Part shown: one piece after another, positions 52,497-64,000 of the stretch
Layout of the letters: each line of letters starts with the position of its first letter
Numbering within the stretch: the first letter of the stretch is position 1
Source of the DNA: Octopus bimaculoides
Taxonomy: Eukaryota
NCBI RefSeq assembly: GCF_001194135.2
Contig: NC_068981.1
Span: forward strand, 111,010,798 to 111,074,797
Direction of reading: 5' to 3'
Length of the DNA: 64,000 nt
The notes under the pieces: generated by a model
Databases searched by the model: none
What the model was told of the DNA's origin: nothing
Seen by the model: only the letters and a program-made list of their open reading frames with translations
Position numbers and translations under genes: made by a program

Positions 52497-54645
52497 TCAT
52501 CATTTAATATTTGTTGTTGGTGCTGGCATGGGTTGAATGGTGACCAGAGCTGGCAAATTAGGGTGCTGCACCAGGCTCCAGTCTAATTTGGCATGGCTTC
52601 TACAGCTGGATGCCCTTCCTAGTGCCACCCTCTTTACAGAATGTGCTGGTGCTTTTATGTGGCATGGGATGAGTGCTTTTTTTTTTGTGGCACTGGCACA
52701 GGGCTCTAGTAGGCCAATTCTCTTCATCAGGGGTGACCGGATTTAACACTTCTGCTGTGGAACCTAAGTCTTCTTGAGTACAGCAAGGTGCCAGGCATCT
52801 TGATCCTTTGTCATCTCACCCGAAAGGTTCAGCATCCTGAGGTTGTCCTTCAGTACTTCGTCCCATATCTTCTTGGGTCTCCCACTTCTATGTGAACCAT
52901 CTATTTTGAGAGATTGGCACATATTTATGGAGCTGTCAGCATCCATCTGCATCACATGACCAAATCAGCGCAGTCTTCACACCTCTGTTGCAGAGTACGG
53001 CTCTTCTTGAGTACAGCAAGGCACCAGATATCTTAGTCCTTTGTCATCTTACCTGAAAGGTTCAGCATCTTGAAATCTTTCTTCAGTATTTCGCCTAATG
53101 ACTTCCTGGGTCTTCCACTTCCACATGTTCCATCTACTGTGAGAGATCAGCACTTATTTATGAAACAGTTGGCATCCATCTGCATCACATCATACCACAT
53201 CCATCTGCATCACATGACAAAACCAGTACAGTTTTCACTCTTACACACCGCATTTGATTCTTCTTATGCCAAACTTCTGTCTCAATACACCAATACCCTG
53301 TTGAACAGGTATGCATACATAACACATCCAACAGAGCATACTAGCCTCATTCCTCACTAACCTTTGCATGTGTTCTGCATTCAGGGCCCATGTCTCACTA
53401 CCATGTAGAATTGCTGTCCATATACATGCATCATACAATCTTTCTTTCACTCAGAGAGAAAGACCTTTTGTAGCCAACAGAGGTAACAGCTCTCTGAGTT
53501 TCCTCCATTCTATTCTTATTGTAACTATCACACTCTTGATGCATTGTCTCTGAAGTTTTTATGGATCCTGTTCATCTTCCACATACCTTCTCTGATAACC
53601 TTCCTATTAATCCACTGCACCTCTTATGTGTCCATTGCTTGCACTGGGTACACCACATGGAGTTCCTACCTACACCTTTCTTACAGATCAAACAGAGCCA
53701 CCTATCTGAAGTGGGTAGTGTCCTGTCTGTTTTCTTGCTTACTAAGACCTTAGTCTTTGCTAAGTTAACCTTAAGGCCCTTAGATTCTAGGTTTTGCTTC
53801 CACACCTGTAATTTCTCTTTTAGCTCTGATATGAGGGCAAGATCATCAGTATTTAGTAGTTCCCAGGGGCTGCTAGTCTTGAATTCATCTAGAAGACAGT
53901 GATGAAAAGGAGGGGACTGAGGACTAAGCCTTGATGAACCCTTACCTGTACACCAAATTCTTTGCTGTACTTGTGATTAATTCTCACCTTATTGACAGAA
54001 TCTCTGTACATGGGCTGTACAGCTTTCATCAGCCACTTGTCTATCCTTAGCCTCCTCAAAGCCCACCATATCACACAGCAAGGTGCTCTATCAAAAGCTT
54101 TCTCTAGATCAATGAATGCCAAGTATAATGGTTTATTTTTAGGTAAATATTTCTCTTACAGTTGCCTGACTATGAAAATAGCATCAGTAGTGCTTCTTCC
54201 CCCAGACAAAGCCGATCTGCATTTCATCTAGCCTAATTCAACTCCTAATTAATTGGACTATCTCTCTCTCTCCATAATTTTCATCACTTGGTCCAGGAGC
54301 TTGATTCCTCTATAATTACTTCTATCGAAAGCTTCACCCTTACCTTTGTAGAAGCTAACAATAATGCTGCTGTGCCACAGTCTTTGGGTATTACATCTTC
54401 CTGAATGACCTGATTAACTAATTGCATGACTAGCCTGTATCCTATCTTACCAGATATTTTGAGCATCTCAGCTGTGATTCTAGATTCTGTGACTCCAGTT
54501 TTCATGTCTTTAATTGCCTTATCTACCATATTGCTCTTCACTAGGATAGCTGGTCCCTCTGTTGGGTTCACACGAGGGAGATTCCCCTTATCCCATTCAT
54601 TCTCTACAGTCACCTCATAACTTTTTCCTCTTTCATCATGCCTCT
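52497..54645 (-). mobile_element. Two head-to-tail RTE LINE fragments
   Basis: RT motifs AFIDLEKAFDR, HQGLVLSPLLF, ILHGSETW. The ORF end occurs twice (~52765-52880 and ~53005-53120). Confidence 0.85.
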
Positions 54646-54649
54646 TTCT

Positions 54650-55395
54650 TGTCCACATCACTAAGTGCAAGCGTCTATCTTTCTGTCAGTTTGAATGGTG
54701 AAGTTCCAGAGGAGTGCAATGTGATCATTTTCAAGTACTGGGAGTGGTTTGTGTTCCCACCAGTTTTTATCATGGGGCAAGTCCAGGTTTTTGCATATTA
54801 CCCAGTGAATATATTGTGCAGCTCTATCATGCCTGTTGAGATACTCTGTAGGTGCAAGCAGACTGCACATGGAGACAACATGATCGATGGTCTCATTTTG
54901 TTGTTGGCATATACGACATAATGGGGAGCTGCCGTTCTTTAATATGTTGGCCTGGTAGTTCTTTGTAGGTAGGCATTGATCTTGGGNNNNNNNNNNNNNN
55001 NNNNNNNNNNNNNNNNNNNNNNNNNNNNNNNNNNNNNNNNNNNNNNNNNNNNNNNNNNNNNNNNNNNNNNNNNNNNNNNNNNNNNNNNNNNNNNNNNNNN
55101 NNNNNNNNTTCTGCAGGTGTTCCTAGTTCGTCTAATTCTTGAATTTGTTGCAATTGGAATTCACTTAGATAGTCCTTTGCCTGTTTTGTTACTGAGTAAG
55201 ATGCTTTCTTGCTTTCATGTTTTAAGACAAGTTTTAGCATCCAGTCCTCAGAGTTTTTCAGATAGGTGTCTAGGCCAATTGTGGCTACCTTCATTGATAA
55301 TGCCAGCTGTAGAAGTCCTCGGCCTCCCTCTTTTCTTGGCAGATAAAGACGTTCTATATCTGCCTTAGGGTGGTGCATTCTATGCATTGTCAACA
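54650..55395 (-). mobile_element. R4/Dong-like LINE fragment
   Basis: HHPKADIERLYLPRKEGGRGLLQ; YLNRHDRAAQYIHWVIC; LLWNFTIQTDRKI. Confidence 0.85.
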
Positions 55396-55489
55396 GTTTT
55401 CGTATTTTTCTGTCAACATAGAAAGGATTGAGGTAACTCCTCCTGAAGATATAGAGTCAAAATTAAAAGAAGTATTATTATGCTTATCA

Positions 55490-57075
55490 TTATTATTGTT
55501 AATATTTTCTCTTTATCATAGGTTTTCTTGGAACTCCTGGAGTCTTACATGCATAGCAGTTTTACTACCTGCAGCCTACAGTACCATGCTATCAGTTCTT
55601 TTCAGCTATCTAATACTTTCCTGATTGTTCTGGCCATGCCAAGGAGGCAAACCTTTTGTAACAGTTCTACTGAGCACTCTGTTCCCATTTTCTTTATATT
55701 TCTCTTGATGCCTTCTGATACTGTTTCCAAGGAACCAATAATAATTGGCACTATCTTCACCTTCTTAATTTTCCATAGCCAGGCTATTTTTTACTTAAGA
55801 GGGTTGTATCTATCTGTCTTTTTACCTTCCTTCTTGACTATTCATGGGTCAAATGGGCATCCAACATCAACTATATAGCATATGTGGTGCACCTTGTCCA
55901 CCACCACTAGGTCCAGTTGGTTAAGCTCTAGCACCTTATCTGCTTGGATTGGAAAATCCCAGAGGATTTTGCTAGTCTCTGACTCCACCATTCTTTGCGG
56001 TTTGTACTCATACCACATTTTGCCTCTCTCTCTAACCCCCACTTTTCGCACAGTTTCCAATGTAGCACTTTCACTACCTGGTTGTGATGCCACAACTTGT
56101 AGTGGTTTTAGGCAAGTGTAGGGCATTTGTTTGTGATATGGGCAATAGTTTCATCCACTCTATTGCAAATGTGACACAGCGGAGACACTTGCTCATTCCT
56201 AAGGTTGACCCTCCAGTTCATGGCCAAAGCTTGGTCTTTTGCTGCCAGTATAGTGCTCTTGGTCTCTTTTTTTAGGGTTTCTTTCATCAACCATTCCCAT
56301 CTATTTTTCTAGCAACTTCTGTTGTGGCTACATGGAATTGATTGTGTAGTCCCTTGTTGCATAATTCTTTTTCATGTCCTTTGTATACTTCTACCTTTGT
56401 TTTCTCTTTTTCCTCTGCTCTCAGTACTCACTCATTCCTGTCACTAGCAAGGTTTCCTTACTTTGGGTTAGGTATCTCATTAAGCTCTCAAGTTCGATAC
56501 ACACACAGTCTTCTACACTTATCAGTCCCCTTCCTCCATTTGCTTTCTTCAGTCAGTGTCTGCTTGTGGATGATGGGCTTCATGCATCGTTAGGAACTTT
56601 CTTGACTTCCTGTCTATCTCCTTTAGCTCCTCCTCTGTCCACTTCAAGATTCCAATGCCATACTGAACTACTGTGACTGTGTGCAAGTTTATTGCTTTGA
56701 AGCCAATATTTTTCTCACTTGCCACAAGTACTCTCTTTTTGTGTTTTCCTTCGTGTTGTGATGTTTGATTCCATCTGCCTCAAGTATTCTCAGGTATTTA
56801 TAGCTGGATTGAGGTTGAATTGCCTCCATCATTTCACCACTTGGCAACCATATGGCTTCTGTCCTGGCAAACTTTCCTCATCTCATCATCATCGTTGCAC
56901 ATTTTGAGAGTCCAAACTCCATCTTAATATCATTGGAGAAAATCTGCACAGACTGAACTAGGCTGTCCAGCTCTGCCTCAGTTTTCATAAATAGCTTCAG
57001 GTCGTCCATGAATAGCATGTGGTTCAGTTTTCCCTTACCTCTTCCCAGATCATACCCCAACTTTGATACTCCAGT
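55490..57075 (-). mobile_element. R4/Dong-like LINE fragment (RT domain 5 to RLE end)
   Basis: LNHMLFMDDLKLF, TILAAKDQAL, CHICNRVDETIAHITNKC, KILWDFPIQADK...DLVVVDK...IVDVGCPFD. Confidence 0.85.
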
Positions 57076-57084
57076 ATCCCTAGT

Positions 57085-58625
57085 ACTTTTCTTTTATTTC
57101 TTAAGAGTGTCTGGGAAATGATCCAAGTGACTGTGGAGGTAATACACTTTGATACTGATCTTACAGCCAAGTTTATGGAAAGAAGAATGCTTGTTCTCCA
57201 CTAATTCCAATTATTTATGTGCTTTATGGCTCTCAAGGAAATTTCTTACAATCAGAGTGAACAAAGACCATGCATGTAACTCAGCATTGTTCATTGAATC
57301 TTGGAAATGCGAGTCTTTCATGAGATCCTTGATTTATGGCCTGTTGAAAATACCTGCATTCAGTTTCTCCATGCCCAATGTTGGAAGTTTCCTGCATATG
57401 TTGTCAAAGTTGTCCCGTCTTTGTTTGAAGCCTTCACAAACTATTTCATTAAATCTAATTTGAAGTACAGTGGTGATAAAGTGATCTTGTCTCTGACAAC
57501 CAAGGTTTCTGAAATCTCATTCTTTTCTCTAACGGCCAGGTTTTCTCTCAGAGGCCATTGTTATCTTACGCAATGCTTATCCTTAGATCCAGAGACAGAG
57601 AAAACAAGAGTACTTAGTGTATACACTCTGCTGATCCAGGAGAAAATTCACCTGCTTAAGATCCACACAAGATTAGCCATTGGTGATCATGATATGATAT
57701 CTTCTTTAAGACCAGGGCAATTGCTTCCTGCTACTTTGTCATTTTAGTTGAGTGACTAATTGGGATTGATCTATATTTGTTGCTATTATTGCACATATTT
57801 CAAGCTTTGTTTAAAACTATTTATAAATAAGTACCATTCACTTGGTACTTATTTTTATATACTCACTTCCATCAGCAACCTTTGAACATCATTGCAAAGA
57901 TGAAATCGTTTTCTTCCAGTCTAATTTCTCTATTGTGATAGTATGCAATTTGGGTTCCCAATCTTTTCTGCTAGCCTGGATTCCAACAATTTTGTTGATT
58001 TCATCAAGATATTTAGCTCCCTAATGAGGTCATTGAGTTTTGGCTGACTGAAAACTTCTGCTGTTGATGAGGTTCCTTCAAAATCAGTCACACTGCTCAT
58101 TAGTACTGTCTACAGCATAAATAGAAAATTTCTCTTATTTAGAGAACTTTTTCAGATGAGTGAATAATGAGACAGGTATTTCATCTGAATGTGCAACAGG
58201 GCATTCTGTCAAGTCTAGGTCAGGATTTGTCCATTAACTCCAGTTATATCATTTAATACTCTTTATGTTAACTAGACAGAAGTAGCAGTTATCATTTGAT
58301 TTCTTTGTTCTCTCCAGACCATTGATATGCAAAACTTCAGGCATTTCCTCTTGTCATTAATCCACTGCTGCAGGTGCTCAACATAAGTTTTAGGAACAGT
58401 GTGTGGAGCCCATGTCTTATCTTGTTTCCCCAGTTGTAATTTGAAATAGCTTAAGTATGCCTTTTTCACAAAATCAGAAATGGATTTTCTACTGCCCACT
58501 GCTTTCATACTAAACATTAAGCCATGTCAGCTGTTATATTTTGGAGATTTTTGTATCCTAATAGAGGATGAAGGCCACATTTATTTTTTTGACAGACATA
58601 CATCAACCTGAATTTGAAGATCTAC
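57085..58625 (-). mobile_element. Decayed Chapaev3-like (CMC superfamily) DNA transposase
   Basis: VKKAYLSYFKLQLGKQDKTWAPH...MVWREQRN; QQSVYTKYSCFLCLW; KLGCKISIKVYYLHSHLDHFP. Family assignment is from motif memory. Confidence 0.6.
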
Positions 58626-59490
58626 TAAAACTAATGGGAGACAGATTTGAAACTTACTTCTTTAATGATGTTAATATTCATTGTCCATTTCACTGCCCTA
58701 CAGAATTATTGCATGCATAATGCAGAGCCTGTGTTTTATAACAATAATCAACAACAGGTCTCTTAACTTCTCTAACCTTGTTCTTATCCATGTTGTTTTG
58801 GGACCTGCACCATGTGCTAATTTTGTATATTAACCAAAGTATATCCATGATTAAGTTGATCAATCCATGATCATCATTCCAAGAATGCTGGTGCTATGGA
58901 TTCTCTATGAAAATGAAATAAGCCCAGAGTTTGATCTCAGTATATATAGAAATACCCAGGATTGTAGGTTATCTTATTGTTTTTGTTTGCAATCTCACCG
59001 CCATTTACAATGGTTTTTAACATGTTGCAGAAAAAACTTATTAATTACATTGTTGGCATAAAATAATGAAGCACAGTTTACTGGAGAGAAGATATTTTCT
59101 TAATGCTGCATATTTTCTAGAAATTAAAGATTAAAACATTACTAATAGTATCTTTTTATTTTCATTGATACTTACTGAAAGTATGGAGCTGTATATTTTC
59201 TGTGAAGAAATAGTTTAAAGGATTTTGAAGAAACTGAAATTGTACATAGATCAAAGTCATGTTTTGGAAAGTAATCAGAAGTTTCAAGCAGATTTAATAT
59301 TTGTGAGATTAAGATATCTGTGATTACATTCTCTGAACTATTATTTTCATGACTTTCACTATAATTTTCATTCATATAATATTAACATAACAGTTAACAA
59401 GAAAAGCATTACTAAGACTTGACCATATTCTATTTAGTTTAAAGTTAAAATGTTTTATTAAATTGTTTCTTTTTCATGTGTGTGTTATAG

Positions 59491-59620
59491 ATGTTTTGGT
59501 GGAAATGTAAGTGAAGGAAAAATGTGTGATCACAAGTGGTTTGAGGCAAGAAACTGTAACAAATACAAAACATGTGATCAATGCCTGGCTATTTATCCAG
59601 AATTCAAGAAAATATCTCAG
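59491..59620 (+). CDS. MEGF8: MEGF8-like exon, PSI domain (CFGGNVSEGKMCDHKWFEARNCNKYKTCDQCLAIYPEFKKISQ)
   Basis: ttatag|A acceptor completes AT+A (Ile); CAG|gttagt donor (phase 0). CxxxxTCxxCLAxxP PSI pattern. Confidence 0.92.
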
Positions 59621-60187
59621 GTTAGTGTGACAGTTCTTACATTTATTTTTGTTTGTTTGAAAGTAAATAATGACTTTAATTTTGTTCTATTGCTAATTTT
59701 CCATTTTGTTTATCTGCCACTCAAACTCCATCCCCTTCATACCACTTCTTCATTCAGCTCAAAATAATGACCTTCATTAAGTACATAAGTACGTAGTTTA
59801 GTAGTAAGTTCATCTGTTCTGTATAAATAATTAGTTCACTTTCAGCATATAATGAGAATGTTATTTTTATTAACTTACTGAGTGGTGAATTTAAAGTTCT
59901 GGAAGAATGCATGTAGGATTTACTGGAGAAGGTGTGAATTAAGGCTCATACAGTACAAAAAGGCTGAAATTTATTATGTGAAAATTTAATATAGCAAAAA
60001 GTCAGTCTTTTCTACCTTTTAATGTATATATTTAAAGACGTATGAATTAAATGTTTACCCCTTATATGTTAATTACATTTAAGTTTTTAGTTGAATTTAT
60101 TCTTTAAAGTATATATGTGTGTATTTGTGAGTAATGAATTTTTTGTTGTCTTATTGGAGAATTAATTATTTGGAATTTTTTCTTCAG

Positions 60188-60389
60188 GTTTGCAAATGGT
60201 GCAAGCATTGTAAAGTTGGTAAATGTATTCACCAAAAACAGGAATGTGGTGCCCAAAATCCCTGTAATCGATCACAGGCTGAATTTCTTGATATGTCTGA
60301 CTGTGATGGTATTGTGTGCAAAGCTGTAAATTGTCATTCATGCCACAGCTCAAAGAATTGCATGTGGACAAGACAAGTGACACGCACTG
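60188..60389 (+). CDS. MEGF8: MEGF8-like exon, PSI domains (VCKWCKHCKVGKC...CKAVNCHSCHSSKNCMWTRQVTRT)
   Basis: ttcttcag|GTT acceptor (phase 0); G|gtaagt donor. CKWCxxCxxGxC and CMWTRQxxRTG are characteristic MEGF8 motifs. The four exons join into 733 nt of uninterrupted frame. Confidence 0.93.
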
Positions 60390-61295
60390 GTAAGTTGAAT
60401 TTCTGAACAAGTATAGGAAGGATTAATTGAATACATAATGTATAAAAAAAAAGATGAAAGATTAATTCAATACAAAATGCACAAAACCACTTAAGCACAC
60501 AGGTTTATCAATTCTTTGGTTAAGAGAGGGAGAATCAGGGTTGTTATGCTCAAAACTTTACATACATGAAAATGCAAGTACCAATTTCTGAAAAAAAAAA
60601 GTCTTTTTATCAATTAACAATATACAATAAGCACAAATCAAACAGTATGCATCATGAAAGAAATATTGTTTGCTTCCATTCAGCTATTTTGTTTATATCT
60701 TTGCCAGCAAGATGTTAGCTTAGGAAGGACTGTCCTGAGAGTAAAGATGTGTAAGTTCTAAAAAGTTACTATGGTTAATATTTGAAATTTCTCAGTTGCT
60801 CTGCATGAATATTTGGCAGAGGTAACAATGAAGTTTGATACTTGATAATGTTGTAGCTAAGTCAAGGATAAAATTAATACCATTTACTTTTGAAATTTCT
60901 AAAATTCAACTTATTAACATCCAATTTCAGTGATGTTGTCCTTCAGAGGCTGTATAGATTCCTGGGTTACATTCACTTCTTTGTCGTTTTTATCAGTTTT
61001 TATCAATTGTCATTTTCATCACATATTTCCAGATCCAGAGGAGCCAGGTTATGTATAGATTTAATTTTAAAAAAATTTTATTATGAACATAACAGTTCTT
61101 GGCAATAGTTTGGAAAATCCTGCTGCTATCATTATTATTCTTTTTTTTTTATCTTAAGATAAAAGCTATGGATGACCTGATAGCTGCAGAAGACACTTGT
61201 CTAAGGTGTCATGCAGTGGTACCAAACTGAAGACCACTTGGTTGGGAAGCAAGTTTCTTAACTACACAGCCATGTTTACATCCATGTTTATATAT

Positions 61296-61348
<53 letters not shown>

Positions 61349-62653
61349 TTAACATTCATTTTCCATGCTGGCATGAGTTTGATGGTTTGACAGGAGCTGG
61401 CAAGCCAGAGAACTGTGTCAGGCTCTACTGTCAAGATTTCTGTGATTGGATGTCCTTCCTAATGCCAACCACTTTACAGATTGTACTAATTGCTTTTTAT
61501 GTGGGACCAGCACCATCAAGTTCACCAAGTAACTTGCAAAAACCTCTATCAACTGAGAGGGTAAGTGATATTGAGGGAGGTGGCTTTGTGCCAGATGATG
61601 TGAAGTTAAACTATGATAGAGGAGATACATAGCTACTCCTCTTGGAAAGAGAGGTGGTGGTGATGGTGATATACCAGGGCATACCCTTGAGGTACAAAGA
61701 AGTGAATGTAAGTGAAGTGGTACTGAGGATTGGACAGGGTGAGTGAACAGGGAGTTCAGAAGAGTGCAAAAAGAGAGTTGGGGAGAGGAGAGGAGAAAGG
61801 GAATATTGTGAGTGGTGAAAGCAGATATATAGGAGGCCAGCAAATCAAAAATGATAGAGTTGCCAAAAACAGGACAGGAGAGATAGATAACAAAGTGATA
61901 TTGGGCTGCAGAAGCAGTGGGTCTAGAGACAAGCATAGTGCATAAAGAAATGTAGTTTGGGTAGGAGTATGAATTAATATTACATGTAGGTGGAGAGCAC
62001 ATAATACTCAATGCTTCCAGAATTCAGTTTCACTGAGGTGGGCAAATTTTCTCAAGAATCTCACATTGCCAGACATCTTGGTCCATTGTCATCTTCTTTG
62101 TGAGACTCGTCATGCCGAGTTAGCCCTCACTACTTCATCACATGTCTTCTGCAGGTTCCATCCACTGTGAGTGATTGGCATTTCTTTATGAAGCTGACCT
62201 TCATTCATATGCATAACATACCCAAACCATTGTAGTCTTAGCTCTTGCATGCATCACTTGACTTCTCTTATGCCTAACTTTTCTTACAACATATTTGCAC
62301 TTTGTTATACATGCACTCTGATGTTGCACATCCATCAGAGCATACGAATTTCATTCTTCTCCAGTCTTCAGAAATGCTCTGTATTCAAAGCCGACATCTC
62401 ATTACCATGGAGCAGAACTATGTAACAAAAACTCTGTACTACATCTAGGAAGCTTCCTGAGTATTTGAGAAAATCTGATTCCTGTGTGATCTTAGTGTTT
62501 ATTGCTCCTGCACATCTGCCACATACAAAGACACCCTTTGTTACCCTACCTGTGATTCAACTGTATCTCTTATGTGTCCATAGCATTTACTGGGTGCATG
62601 AAATTCCATTCAAATTCCAACAATATATAATACACTACACGTCTTTGTATATA

Positions 62654-62869
62654 TGAGGGGTTGCTGCAAAGTTTCTGGCTTTAAAAGTATCACGAAAGGC
62701 CTGACTGGAGGTCCAACCTTTCGAGTTCTCTTACAGGGCTTGGAAAAATTGAAGGACCACTGCAATAAGTGTGTGAATCTGAGAGGGGAATATGTTGAAT
62801 AAAATCATAATTAACTGATCCTCCTGTATTTTCTGTTACCCAAATCCAGGTATTTTTCAGCACCCCACA
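62654..62869. mobile_element. Mariner-derived MITE, second copy
   Basis: Colinear with 19-230 (gcaataagtgtgtgaatctgagaggg...gaataaaatcataattaactgatc). Confidence 0.75.
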
Positions 62870-62874
62870 AGAAT

Positions 62875-64000
62875 AGGCCCCAACTATGCGAACCTGTTTG
62901 TTGGCTATGTTGAGGCCCAAATATTCTCAAGTTTCACTGGTCCCACTCCTGAACTATATGGTCGTTATATTGATGACTGTAACGGTGCAACCTCACTCCC
63001 CCACGAACAGCTAGACTCCTTCCTCTCTTTTGTCAAATCTTTCCATCCTGCCCTCCACTTCTCCTGCAGTATTTCCAGCACCTCAGTCGCCTTACTCGAC
63101 ACTCCACTCTCACCACCTCCATCCACTACAAGCACACAAACTCACACTCATACCTCAACTTCTCCTCCTCCCACCCTAAACACACCAAGCTCTCCATCTC
63201 CTATTCCTAATTCCTCTGTCTACGCAAGCTCTGCAGTGACAACCATGACTTCGAGACTCAGTTTCAACTTATGGCTCACCACTTCATGCTATGTGGATAT
63301 CCCCTCACCATTATCCACACTGCCCTTGCCAGAACATGTTCTGTGGACTGTGCATCTGCTCTCTCCCCCGCACCTACCTCGCTGTCACCCGTCTCCCCTC
63401 ACCTACCACCCCACCACCCTACCTCTCCAACGCACCATTCTCCGAGCCTTCTGGTGACTCCAGTCCAACCCCTCCACTTCGCACGTCTTCCCTAACCAAC
63501 CCCTCCCCTCCTTCAAATGAGCCCACAACCTACGAGACCTCTTGGTCCACAGCTTCTTCCCTCACCCAACCTCCCAACCCGGCTCATTCCCCTGCTCCTG
63601 CCTATGCTGCTGCACTTGCCCTTACCTCCAACACCACCCTCCTCACAGGTACCCATCATTGACACTATCATATCACTGACCCCTTCACCTGCACTTCTAG
63701 CAACATCATTTACCACACCTCCTGCTCTCTCTGTCTTTCTCTATACATCAGTCAAACGGGATGCTGCTTGGCTGACCGGTTCGTGGAAGACCTCTGAGAC
63801 ATTCGACTTGGCAACGACACCTTGGTCTTGCACCATTTCTGCTCTACCAATCACTCTGTAAAACACCTGTCTGTGTTCAGATTGTCCTTTCACAAGGGCC
63901 ATCCAGACTCCTGTCTTTGCTGTGAGCAGGGATTAATCTCTCTTCATTCCTTTGCGCCACATGGGCTCAACTCTCCTCCCCTCTTCATCTAACCCTCCTC
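62875..64000 (+). mobile_element. Decayed Penelope-like element (Neptune-like RT C-terminus plus GIY-YIG), running off the window end
   Basis: PNYANLFVGYVE, YGRYIDD, FHPALHFS, KHTNSHSYL...SSHPKHTK, TCTSSNIIYTTSCSLC..LYISQTG..LADRF. Confidence 0.8.

Noticed and set aside
1-64000. CRISPR arrays, rRNA genes, or prokaryotic operons and defence systems
   Set aside because: No repeat-spacer array or rRNA-like sequence was seen; the window is spliced eukaryotic DNA.

Overview
This is AT-rich, microsatellite-dense eukaryotic genomic DNA with several N-gaps. The repeat complement (tRNA-derived SINEs, RTE LINEs with (GAT)n tails) points to an octopus/coleoid cephalopod; that assignment is inference. 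The only host gene I can support is four phase-compatible + strand exons of a MEGF8 orthologue (Kelch repeats followed by PSI domains): 17066-17210, 40776-41031, 59491-59620 and 60188-60389, separated by GT-AG introns of 23,565, 18,459 and 567 bp. Most of the rest is intronic transposon debris: two Ty3/Gypsy LTR elements (one complete with PBS, PPT and a 5-bp TSD), several Penelope-like elements, RTE and RLE-type (R4/Dong-like, Hero-like) LINEs, a Helitron family, Tc1/mariner and Chapaev3-like DNA transposons, SINEs and several long fold-back elements. The most striking item missing from the ORF track is an apparently intact minimal type I hammerhead ribozyme on the minus strand at 14490-14555. 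Transposon boundaries are approximate unless termini are quoted.
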